Below are positions 1 through 11,351 of a DNA stretch of 36,277 bases, in pieces (the stretch's first letter is position 1; every line of letters starts with the position of its first letter). The stretch is from Catajapyx aquilonaris (Eukaryota): contig KZ539011.1 of assembly GCA_000934665.2 (NCBI GenBank), positions 1-36,277 of the forward strand, given 5' to 3'. The notes under the pieces are model-generated. The model was given only the letters and a program-made list of their open reading frames with translations, searched no databases and had not been told where the DNA came from. The position numbers were made by a program, and so were the translations under genes.

Positions 1-906
1 CGGCTTGATGAAAAAAAATTCTAACTATTTTTTTTTTGTAGTTTTGGACATTGCAAAGTCTGGCACATCTTGGGGTTCTCCAGTGGCAGATCGTAATCGA
101 AATTAGGTTTCGTCCCAACAAGGATATTCATGGCAACCCAAACTTTTATGGTACCCTAGAGAGCCAGTGCGGTGCGACAACGGCTTTTGTCATACTGGGG
201 GTACCGGGTACCGCACGTGTCCAGTGCATCGATATGCACTGTTCCAGCTCCAAATCCTAGGAGGGCTATAATCACCTGCCAAGACTGCACTTTGCCTGCC
301 AGCTCTTCCTAGCCCCCTTAAACTTTGCCGATAAAACTGTCACTTTCGCCGCTGGATCTCTATAAAGAATGTGGGTCTCGGAGGAAGAAATTTATTCAAC
401 CTTGTTTTCAAGAAGGAAAAAAAAAAACAGACTCAGACACTCTTTTGTGGTCCGGATTTGGTCATGTGCACCATGTGTTGAGGATGTTTCACATACTGGG
501 GATTTGCAGGGTGTTTGCAGAGAGGAAGAGCCTTGGAATTCATCCCAACTTGGTCTACTACACATCTCCCTTCCGGTGTAGTGAAAAGCTTCCGGAAAAG
601 CCAACTCGTGGACTAAAAGCTTGAAACACCCCATTTGCCAAGTTTGTTCTCTGCGTCGTCACCACTACGCCTGTCCTAATGCGCCGACTGGGGGAACACG
701 TGAAAAAAGGAGAAAGGATCCTGGGAAAGTTTGCAACTGTACTGAGAGGGTACGACTCTGCGGCACTGGGGCTAGGGAGCAAATATTTCAGGAAACGGGG
801 GACCGTTAAGAAGGTATAAAAAAGAGGAGCAATTATTGGAGTAAGCAGGTCAGTGGCTGGTTTACAACACTGCTGGGATATCCAAATAACTTCATTTCAT
901 TTGAAG

Positions 907-1117
907 TTAATTCATTTCAACATGATTCAAAATAATGAATTTAATTCATTTCAACATGACTCAAAATAATGAATTTAATTCATTTCAACATGACTCAAAA
1001 TAATGAATTTAAATAATTTCAACATGATTCAAAATTTAATTCATATCAACATGATTCAAAATAATGAATTTAATTCATTTCAACATGAGTCAAAACAATG
1101 ACTTAAATTCATTTCAA
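907..1117. repeat. AT-rich minisatellite, 34-bp unit, about 6 copies
   Basis: Unit TTAATTCATTTCAACATGA(T/C)TCAAAATAATGAAT repeated with small variations; one copy is shortened. Confidence 0.9.
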
Positions 1118-2764
1118 GCTAGTATTTTATTTTATTAAAATTACAACTAATTAAAAAAAGTAAGCACTATGCTAGTAATAACCACGTGTGGAGCTTATTC
1201 AGTACCGTGTTTGAAATGGGCGGGGTAGTACAATTTTACAGCTCATTATGTGGTCATCAAGTGTGCCTGTATAGCCAATACCATTAGAGCACTGACAGCA
1301 TGTTAGCTCATGTACATCAATATGGTCAATAAATATATGTTCGAACCGACAGGTCAAGTGATCATGTCTGTACCAGTACTATAATTACATCAGGTCCTGT
1401 GGCGTTTATATATCCCAAATGGTCCTCCATGATATTAAAAAAACCTGAGAGTCTGCACTTGTGCCACCTTGTCTCTTGGCAGGATGGATATGAAGAAAAT
1501 GGGATAGAGAGAGACCGTTATTGGATCGAGCCCGAGGTTAGGATGGAGAAAGAAGATCAGAAAAAAGTGTGGAAAAGAGACGAAGAGGGCTGTTTGGGCC
1601 AAAATCCGGCCGCAGGGATGCGCTTCATTAGATCAGGACTCACTTTATCGCCTTTAGCTTCCTTGGAGTTTTCCCTAGGTTTGGGAGGTCGAAAAAGACC
1701 GATGGATGGATGCGTGTCAGCCAACTCTTTACTCACTAGCAAGCAAACAGCCCCATGGCCATTTGCCCTTACCCCCGCCATTTTGTGGAAATTGCTCGTT
1801 TCAACGTCGGCGCTTACTGCAAATGGCCTCTTTTCCCGACTGGTAATGCCCATACCCTAAATACAATTCTTGTGGTGAAAATATGACCCCCTTTTTTCCC
1901 CCACCTAAAAATGACGAGGCTTATACATTATTGGGCAAAATTGGGCAATCGGGCTAGAGAAATGCTGCTGGTTCCCAAAATGGCAGTTAGGCCTAGATGG
2001 GTGGCTTTGGACTTTTTCGATGCACGCCAACCTCGTTTCCATCAGAAGTGGAGGAGTGGTGTGCATCCCGAATCCTAAGAAATGCCGCCCCATCGTGCGA
2101 GCTCACATAAAGCAAAGTCTCTACCTGGTAATTGAACACTGCTCCTCCTCTATATGTTCGTGACTAGGTAAAAAATGGTGGTGTATGGTGGAAAAAGGGG
2201 GGGACGAAAGGCCTTTCGTGATGAATTAGAGCCCCCGGAGCGTGGCCTCATCGCTCCAATTACACACGTATCATTAGGCCTAATGCCCTTCTGCCGGACG
2301 CGCATCTCTACAGCGTGTGTGGGTGTCGTGTGTCCGCACTGCATGTGAGTGGTTATTAAGGTGAGGAGAAAGGTAGGGTGTGAGGGGAGGCGGGGTGCTT
2401 AATGGGTCTATTTCCGTTTCGATTGACCTGTTCCTATAACATGTCTTCCGGACATAGTGAACCAGAATTCCGGCCAGTTTTTGGTTACTGGACTCATGCA
2501 ATTCTAGCGAAGGAATTTAATTGGGAGTGACATGAATACTGGCCAGGGTCGTTATCAGGAACAAACAAATGTGCATGCGTTACATATTAATGGTCGCTCC
2601 TGCAAGAGTAATGTAGACTCAACAGTTAATTTATATACTACTGTAGTAAAGAAGGAATGACTATTTATCATGATTGTCAATCTTACTGATACAGTACCCA
2701 CAGCATAACTTCTCAAAAAAGGGAAATGGCGACCTATCCTCCACTCCACACCAGACACTCTAAG

Positions 2765-2819
2765 CGATCTGATTGGTGGAGCAGAGGGTGGGGATGCCTC
2801 TGCTCCTCCAATCAGATCG
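2765..2819. repeat. Near-perfect hairpin, 23-bp stem and 9-nt loop
   Basis: CGATCTGATTGGTGGAGCAGAGG (2765-2787) pairs with CCTCTGCTCCTCCAATCAGATCG (2797-2819) with one mismatch. Confidence 0.85.
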
Positions 2820-2878
2820 GTGGGTACAGTGGGCTACAAAAGAAATGCTATTTTGAAACCCTACCGTGTATGGCTTAA

Positions 2879-3291
2879 AGGGAGACTCCACATAAAACAC
2901 AAGTTTGGCTGCAAAAATCGGGCAAAAAATCCTGAATCCGAAGATGGAATCCGTTTTTCGCTACGCGGAACGGTAATCCCATGGCGAGGTGTCAAAGTGT
3001 GTCGTCTGCAAATGAGCGACGCCGCCACGCGGGGAACAGGGGAACTGGAGGGCTGCACCGCTCTGGGATGGGCCTAAGCGCGAGGGCAGGCGGGAGCAGC
3101 CCTCCAGTTCCCAAGGTCCCGAGGGCGTCGCTGGCGGACGGCCAGTTTCTAGCGCACTATTTGAATTTCTCCACTTTGACCCCTCGCCCTGGGATTACCG
3201 TTCCTCGTAGCGAAAAACAGATTGCACCTTCGGATTCATGATTTTTTGCTCGACTTTTAGAGCCAAACTTGTTTATGAGTGGAGTGTCCCT
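2879..3291. mobile_element. Palindromic MITE with TTAA target-site duplication (Kolobok-like, non-autonomous)
   Basis: TTAA at 2875-2878 and 3292-3295. Ends are AGGGAGACTCCAC... and ...GTGGAGTGTCCCT. Imperfect TIRs of about 120 bp, and the interior is also self-complementary (GGGAACTGGAGGGCTGC / GCAGCCCTCCAGTTCCC). A TTAA TSD with purine-starting termini fits Kolobok better than piggyBac (CCC termini). Confidence 0.85.
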
Positions 3292-3414
3292 TTAACCAAA
3301 AAGGTCGCAATATTTAGGACATGCAAATTTTTTTTAGAAGTTATGATGTGGGCTCTGTAAATGGGAAAGTTTGTACATATATTTGTAACACACTTTCAGA
3401 CTACTGAGAGTGCT

Positions 3415-3537
3415 TTGGAACAAATTATATTCATACACGCTTGGAAATAAATTATATTCATACACGCTTGGAAATAAATTATATTCATACACGCTTGGAA
3501 ATAAATTATATTCATACACGCTTGGAAATAAATTATA
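3415..3537. repeat. Minisatellite, 27-bp unit, about 4.5 copies
   Basis: Unit TTGGAAATAAATTATATTCATACACGC; explains the repetitive peptides in ORFs 3334..3540, 3396..3641 and 3441..3881. Confidence 0.92.
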
Positions 3538-5411
3538 CATCGTGGTCCAACATGAATATGGCTAGCCCAAAAATGGAAGAAGGAATGGGTTGGTTGCCAC
3601 TGATACACGAAATATTTCGATTGGGAAAGGGTGCCTGGCACGACATAGTCCAGCTATCTGCACGAGTGCTGCCAGCTCGCCTTATTCCGATTTTTTCCCA
3701 CCTTGGCCCATCTAAGGGCTTTCACTCCAATCTTGACCGGCATAAAAAACTACAAGGCACCACTTTTTTTTTTCCTTATTCCTTGAGTGTCAGTGTCAAT
3801 ATTTTTATGCCGGATTTTGGCACGCTTGAAGATCTGAAGTCTTCCTCTCCGTTCCCTAGAGAGCGGCTTTATCGACTTTAAAGTGCCGTCACATTTGCCA
3901 ATCGGGGACGGAGGGAATAATTAGCCTGGCAAATTGTTATACCGCTCATTAATATTACATGGCCAAGTGATTGGCGTTCTAAACGGCGGCGTGGAATGCA
4001 GATTTCAGCCAAATTTGTAATGCATTATAATGTTAATAAAGTGCGCTAAAGTGGCGCCCCATGTCGGGGCTTGAAACCTCAAGTTTGACGGATCCACGAA
4101 GAATAAAAAGGTAAAGCATCTGGGCCTGCTTTCTAAACATGGATATATTACATTTGGCCCCCCCTGAAAATTTGGGGGAGGTAACCACATAAAAGGGAAT
4201 ACAAAATTCCCTATGGAGTTGGGAAGGTTGAAGTTTAGGTAAAATGGGAAGCGCCGTTTAGGCCTGCTGCAGGTGGTTGTAAAAACCGCATTTTTGTACT
4301 GTTGGGAACAGTAGTGCGAAGCTTACAGGAAAATAGTTCGGCGGAATGCCCCCCACGAATAGACATGCTAGTTTTCCGTGGACATTTTGATTCGACGCGA
4401 TGCAGTCCGGAGGGAACACCGCGCGGTGGGTAGTTTTACACACGTGCATGGTTTGAAAAACTCGGGGCATTACCCAAGTTTCCCAGGGGACATGGGTCCA
4501 AAAATATGCATGACCTTTTCCAGTACCGCTACATTTGCCTGGGAATATACGCAGCTGCACATGTATGCTGCGAAACATGAAAGCAATAGGGGGGCTCTTT
4601 TTATAAGAGAGAAAAAAATGGATAGGTGTGAGAGAATTTTCATAAATTGGACTGATGGCCATTTTTGCAGGTGTTATAGTCAGTAGTAATAATAGTGGCT
4701 TTCCAATGAAAATTTTGAACGTAAAAGAGCATTTGATCCTTCATGGCATTTTGCATACATGCATATCAATCAGCCTTCCACAAATATTGGGTTTTTTTTT
4801 TGTAAACCCTAGGCATCGAATGTTCCTTCCTTTTTCCGAATTGAGGATCCGAGTTAGACTGTCCTCAATCTGAAGATATTGATTCATCCGAACTTTATAA
4901 ATCAGGGTGGAGCTTGTTCAGATCATATCTTACGTCAGTTGGTAAAAATTGAGGTCGAAAGCTCCAGTTCCATATATTAATATAAAATATCTAATTTTCA
5001 GTGAGAAAACCACATCTTTTATCATATATTTCAAAAATTACTGCCTATTTAACAATAGGCTACTCATTTTTAGATAAGCCACACAGTAGTTAATCATTTT
5101 TATTGCACAAGTTGCACCTCCAATCACGACATTGGAAATGATTACAACCGCTTCAGCATTTCATAAACCATGAGATTTTCGAGCTTTTTCGGGGTTCCTC
5201 TTTTTTAAATTTTTTCTTCTTCATCCAACTCCTCCGACGGGATGGAGTTTGTGCCAGGTGATAAATCCGAGAGCAAAGATCCTGCGGCGGCAATTTGGCC
5301 CAGCAGTTTCCTTAAATCGATAAGTATGCCCGACTGCGGTGCGGACTGCTTACTGACCAAAGGACAGAAAATTCTAGCTGAAAAAACCCCTTCAAAGAAA
5401 CAGATTTTTAC

Positions 5412-8400
5412 CTGCTCCTAGTTGAACATGTCCTGTCAGGTAGGCAACCCTCTTTCTCCATCGATGCGACGGAAGCGCCAGTGTCACCATTGCCAAAACG
5501 GCACATATATCCAGCACCAGTGCTGCGCTGCCACATAGCACACACACCACCTTGAAAGAACCAGAAAGTACATTTTTTTTTTAAATAAGTATGTCAGTAA
5601 GTAAATAAGTAAGAAAATAAATATATAAATAAGCACGGGAAGTGATAGAGTCATAATTATTGGACCGACTTTGCGCTCCACCTTTGCGCTCCACCTTTGC
5701 GCTCCACCTTTGCGCTCCACCTTTGCGCTCCACCTTTGCGCTCCACCTTGCGCTCCACCTTGCGCCCCACCTTTGCGCGCCACCTTTGCGCCACACCTTT
5801 GCGCTCCACCTTTGCGCGCCACCTTTGCGCTCCACCTTCGCGCACCACCTGTGCTTAGGGTCTTCCTTTAGCCTGCCCCGAGCGGTCATAACCAGAACTA
5901 TGCCCGTGTGAACCTAGATTAACTAGCAGTTTACTGAGCACGCACGAGCTGCTTATCTCTAGTGACCCTTTAAAAAATTCATCAGGATGCTTTTAAATAA
6001 AATTAGTTCCTAGAGTCACAAGGGAAGGCAGTCATTTTAGGGTTGGTCGGTAGGAAGTGGGTTAACTGCTTGAAGAGCTGTCGTTTGAGCGTTTCCTAGT
6101 GCAAAAGAAGGGTTGTTCTCATTTGGAACGTAATTAATTCTGGTGGGTTGTTGGCAAAAAGAGGGGGGGGGGGAGAGAAGGAAAGGGGGCAGAAAATAGG
6201 GACAATTTTGATCCGACGGAGTCTAATTGGGAGCCATATCAGCAAAGAGGCCCAAATGCCGCGTAATGGCTGTCATAATTGCAGCAGTAGCGACTTTTAA
6301 TGATGAGCTCGCTCTTTGTCATAGTCGTGTTGGGGGCACAAGGGGCGGGAAAGGCACGTCTATGGGCCTTTCTTTAGTACCTTCTTCATTGTGCTTACCT
6401 TATTGCAATTCATGTCAGGAGCAAGTTAATGTGCCCTCATTTTGTGCAAGCTATAAATGTCATCCTGGTCTTTATTTATTTTCATACTAATATTCAAAAC
6501 TATTTTCTCATAAATATTTTTAGTATGATAGTTACACTATATGTGGATCTAACCTTAAAATATTCAGAATCGACCCCACTCCACTTTCGGCTAGATCTCA
6601 CTACTCCGCACTTTATAGCTTCTCTATAGTGGACCATATACCCACCTATGTCTTATAAAATGTTCACAATATAGTCAGCAGCACGGGTTACAAAGTAATA
6701 AAAACTTCGCCATCTGCTTCCCAATAATCGACGTTCTAAGCCGATTCTTGCAAGAGTGGTGTCCTCTCTTCTTCTTCTTTTTTTTGAAAGAAAATGTATC
6801 GATACAAGGCCAGCAAGATTGGGAGGGTAATATAGGAGGAACGAGGGTACCGTGTAGGAGAAGAAGCTTATTGATGATGCTTCATCGATCCCACTCGCCA
6901 GTTTTCCCTGAAGACAAGGGACCCTGAGCACTCTCCAGAAGCAGGCGTAGGTAAGGAGTCGTCGTATTCTTCTCTGCAAATGGTCGTATTGGCCAAGCGC
7001 CACCTGCACCTCGACAGATTGGAGACTGTCCCGCTTTTTCTGGGTCGGTGCGGTAAAGTTTCACTCGTTTGTCTGACGACAGGCTGTTTTTCTTGAGTGA
7101 CGTTAGCGAAAAGAGGCCTTTATCTAGTTTAATCACTACCCGTTAGCTTCCTTCACAGGCTCATAGTAACCGCTACCTCGCCAACTGGAACTGCCGACAG
7201 TATAGCGCCTCACTAACTTGCACGATTACAAGGCTGAAACCGGTTTTACGAATGTGGTCTGAACCCTTTCGGAAGGGTTTAGGTGGCCCTTTTGTAGTTG
7301 GATCGCTGAGCAGTTTCAATGCGGAGAATTTCTGCGGCAACCATTTTGTGTCCGACTTGACTGGATGTGTCAAGCATACAGAGTAAATCTGGGCTAGACA
7401 AGTGAGACGCACTAATAATTCATGGCACAGTCGTCTTGTGCTAGGAACGAGCTAGGAAGGGTTGTAAATAACTTGTGCGCAGAGTATCGCCATGCTTCTC
7501 TTCTCATTGCACCCTAAGGGCCCTGAGGTCACTAGGGGAGACACTTCCTGTTACAGGTTTCGTCGGCATAAAGGCAGCTTTACAACCGAGGTTTGTAAAT
7601 CTATGGGTCTGGTCCTTCACTTTGAGGCAACATGCAATTTACAGTGTCACATTGCGATCGGCAAGTCTTGAAAGTGTCATTAAACTACCCCCAATTTTGG
7701 CTTGCATATCTGCTAAAAGGCCACCCCTTCCTCAGGTGTAAAGGGGTGGACACGCAAGCGTAATTCAAAAGTGCGAAATCTGCCATCAGCACAAAGTTAT
7801 GAACATTTTTATCGCTCTAGGCAGGGGTTGAGTTTTACGACCTGCATAAAAGTATTATCTCTAGAAAATACTGCAGGCAGGGCCACAGGCAGCAGGGGAG
7901 CCACTAATTGCTCCACTTTTGCTGTCAGCCCACAAGGTTTACATCTTAACCCTATAGGCCTGTTGTACATTGTTGTGTTATTTAACCCAATTTTGCTGTT
8001 TTTCACTGAATTTCATTTTCTGACTGTTATTTCATGTCATGCTATTTAACCAAATTTTGCTGTTTGCCACTGAATTTCATTTTCTGACTGCTATTTCAAT
8101 GAAATAACAGTCAGAAAATGAAATTCGATGAAAAACAGCAAATTAAGCAGTTAAATAACACAACAGAAAGAAGAAAGAGAAACGGTTTAACTGTTGAAAC
8201 GGTTCTTAACGGTTTTAACGAGTTTTCACTGTCAGTTAACGTTCTTGTTGTTCTTCACGTTCTTTCTGCTATTTCACAGTTATTTCACGTTCTAACCGCT
8301 TTTCTTAACGGTTTGTTCACTGTCAGTTAACGTTCTTCCTGTTATTACACGGGTTTTCACATTATTACCGAATTTTTTTGTTGTTTTTGCTCTATATCAC

Positions 8401-11022
8401 AGTGAGCAACGACGTGCTTGCTCATATGTTTCTGGCACCTCCCAAGAAATGGGAAATGGCGCTTTAGCAATACTCCCTGGTGTGTACGTCGAGCTCGGAA
8501 ACAACAAAATGTGGTGTATATTGCCGGGCAAGCGACATTTGTGGCGATCTGGAGCAAGATGGGTGGGCGATGCGGTGAAACCGGGGACCCGAGCCGCAAA
8601 ATCCGGAGCCTGCTGGTGACAAGGCAGCCGGAATTAATGTTGGGCGAATGGCTCTTTGCTTCCCCCCCCCCCCCCCTCTGATACCAGGCTTTTACCCCTG
8701 TACTTCTCCCAAAAAAAGCACAATTGGGGATTCCAAAAAGCAGATTAAAATGTCTCGGACCGACTTCGGACCTAGAGTAAAAACCGGGGACTGAAGGATC
8801 TCATATCCGGAGACGGAACGAGGTCTGAGAAGAAGAAAAAAAACCACATTGCGAAAAATCAGCATAATCCAGGTCGTTTCACGAGGTACGGGGGTGCTCG
8901 TTACCAATCGACTTTCAGGAAATGAGGAAATGCTGACGTGAGCTGGAGTGGTTCCCGATCATTCCAAGATGTTCCAGGAATTTGGCTCCTTTCATTTTGG
9001 CTCCTCATTTACACCTGCTGGAACATTATTGGAACCACCTTAGCAAAAAAAGGTGTGAACTGACTTAATTAACCCAGGTATGCGCGTCGACAAAGATTTG
9101 TTCATAAAAATAAAAATATGTTTAAAAATTAAAATAGTTAATTAGATAGGTGCTGACTATAGCAAAGGATGAAAAATCAATCGGTTGGATACCATCCCCG
9201 TTAGGAACCGCAGCAATTGCGTGGAAATTAGCGGTTTGTGATTCAATTGGTCAGCCCTGAAACTGTTCACGGGATGCGTTTATGACCACCGCAAACAAAT
9301 GCGCCCTTGATTCATTCGGCCCCGAAATTATCCCGCTCCGGTCAATTTTTATTTACACCTCCCAATTGGTTTGGTCAACCAGCAAGTGCTCCACCCTCAA
9401 AGCATCCACACTTTCTACTCATAAAATAGTACTATGTGACACTAAATGTGTTTTATGACACAATTTGGTGCATGTTAGTCGTCGAATACACAATCAGTCC
9501 ATTTCATATGCAGTGAATGAAAATATGTACTATAGGCGTATTCGTGTGAATAAAATTATTTACTAGGTGCATAGTGTGGATAAAATTATTTACTAGGTGC
9601 ATAGTGTGAATAAAATTTTCGAATTTTCGGGCGAGTTGATATTTCTACCAAGTGTTCATAGTGATGTTTTTCTGTACAAGAAATTGTAGGCCCAGTGTCT
9701 TGGATCGATCCAGCAGCCAGCAATTGGAAGTCTGTCCGCAATGACCCTTGAGAAGGAACCATTTATTTTCCCTGTAGTCCCAATCAGAGCGAAAACAGGC
9801 GACGGAAGCAAAAGGAAAGAAGAGGAAGAACGTTGGGTCCCTGGTATTAGCTCTACTGCAATGGAGGACGTATTGACGGCCCATTTAACTCATTCCAAGG
9901 ATAGGATTAAATTGGGAGCAAATACTGATTGGCGGCCTGCTCTTACCAGATGCTCACTCTTCCGTTTACTTGCACAAAGATTGCCATTGGTGTGGTTCGA
10001 CTGCTTTTAAACACACCAGTATGTTTTTTTTTTGCGCGCCAATTCCAGCCCCTGGACATTTCGTGCAGAGGATTGCAATAAATACCTGTTTATTATTCGC
10101 CATAAAACATTTGGACGCAATGGATCGTAGGATTATGCGCATTACAAGTTGCCATATTTGCATCACAAAGCAACCGGCTTTTTCAGTTCCAAATGTAAAA
10201 CCAGAGGCCCCCAAAATTTTCGCGCCCTCCAATGAATCTTGAGTTACCCGCGAAACGAGTTGCGCTAATTACAGCCACAATAGCTGTAGTAATAGCAACC
10301 GGAGCTTTTTTCCCCAGGGTAACATGAGTGACCATTTGAAAATAATAGAGTAGGCCGGATCTGTTTACATGACGGCTAGCTGGGGGATTGGGGGAGCAGA
10401 GAGGATGATTGCATCACTGCCGTACATTTGATTGTGCAGTAATGATAACACTCGTTTCCATTTGCCGTCCGGTAATTGCATGTATTGAGTTACGGCTTTG
10501 ACATCCCGACACAGTTTAGCCACGGGAAATGATTGTTGCTGTTTTTCGGCATTAAAATGGCGCCGGCGTCAATATCTGATAAGGCGGTAAATCAGGCCCG
10601 ACGCGGGGCAAAATTATGACAAGTTTATTGCTCTCGCAAAATTGTTTCATTGCATGACCGCTATCTGTCAGTTTAAACGTCGAGCTGTTGATCAACCTGT
10701 TCTTTCAGTCATTTTAATTACCATACTAATCGGTAGAGTGATGATGGACACGTATACTCACGGGCCAGAGGGTGGAAGAAGCATGTTGTCTGTCTTCCTG
10801 GAAGGTCCTGCAAACTAGTGGTGGCGTCTGTCTTGGATCGAAAAGACAGAAGCTGAAGAGGCCGAACTGGAGGACCATAGGGGTGTACGGTGCTTCTTTC
10901 CTGAGGAACCAGGCCGGCTGGAGGAAGCTGAAGCTGCACACCACAGCCACGGCCACAGACAACACACTCCAGACTCCGGTGACAGGCCATGACGTCTGCG
11001 TTCGTATCACATGCACTTTCAT
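5412..11022 (-). CDS. LHFPL/TMEM211-like (lipoma HMGIC fusion partner family) tetraspan membrane protein, partial: coding exons 11022..10762 and 5550..5412; 3' exon(s) not confidently found in the window
   Basis: Exon A reads MKVHVIRTQTSWPVTGVWSVLSVAVAVVCSFSFLQPAWFL...LQFGLFSFCLFDPRQTPPLVCRTF...STLWP and ends at a phase-0 donor (CCC|GTGAGT). It has TM1, QPxW, the GLFxxC motif and a second Cys typical of LHFP/claudin-superfamily proteins. Exon B starts in phase 0 after TTTCAAG|, reads VVCVLCGSAALVLDICAVLAMVTLALPSHRWRKRVAYLTGHVQLGA (TM2 and start of TM3) and ends at G|GTAAAA. Exon B is absent from the ORF track. Family call is from motif recall. Confidence 0.8.
5669..5849. repeat. Minisatellite, 13-bp unit, about 14 copies
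   Basis: Unit CTTTGCGCTCCAC with variants; lies in the intron of the LHFPL-like gene and produces several repetitive spurious ORFs. Confidence 0.93.
7971..8340. repeat. Compound direct and inverted repeat
   Basis: Two direct ~60-bp copies (from ~7979 and ~8043, ...TGAATTTCATTTTCTGACTGTTATTTCA) are followed immediately by an inverted copy (8100-8165). Two related copies of TTAACGGTTT...TTCACTGTCAGTTAACGTTCTT follow. Confidence 0.8.
9545..9617. repeat. Tandem repeat, 30-bp unit, about 2.5 copies
   Basis: Unit GTGTGAATAAAATTATTTACTAGGTGCATA. Confidence 0.8.
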
Positions 11023-11242
11023 GGGCACCACGTATCGCGACCCCACGTCATCTTGGCCTGCCCCTACCACTGGCGTCGATGCTGCGACAACCGATGCAGC
11101 TGGACCTTCCTCCTTCAGACATCATTCCTCACACTCACTCTGGCTGCACTCCTCACACACGTCCTCTTCGTCACAGGACGACGACTCCAACCACACTGTT
11201 CCACCCTTGCTCACCGACGTCCCTGCTGGAAAACCACTAGCT

Positions 11243-11351
11243 GGTGACCATAGTTGGTGACAATGATTGGTGACTGGTTGGTGACAATGGTTGGTGACCA
11301 TAGTTGGTGACAATGGTTTGTAACAATGGCTGGTGACTATGGTGACAATGG
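11243..11351. repeat. Degenerate 11-13-bp tandem repeat (GGTGACAATGGTT-like), about 8 copies
   Basis: Recurrent GGTGAC(A/C)AT(G/A)GTT units, inside a candidate 5' intron (11370..11226, minus) of the LHFPL-like gene. Confidence 0.8.

Noticed and set aside
325..809. Cys/His fragments (HILGIC, CQVC..HH..CP) suggesting a decayed MULE transposase C-terminus
   Set aside because: Motifs lie in different frames and are incomplete; no DDE region or TIR seen.
907..3537. 34-bp and 27-bp repeat arrays as possible CRISPR arrays
   Set aside because: Units are directly adjacent with no unique spacers, there are no cas genes, and the context is eukaryotic.
5484..5911. Repetitive ORFs (KVERKGGAQRWSA / LCAPPLRSTFA)
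   Set aside because: Translations of the 13-bp minisatellite.
10772..11260. 162-aa plus-strand ORF
   Set aside because: Antisense shadow of the LHFPL-like exon and its GC-rich upstream region.
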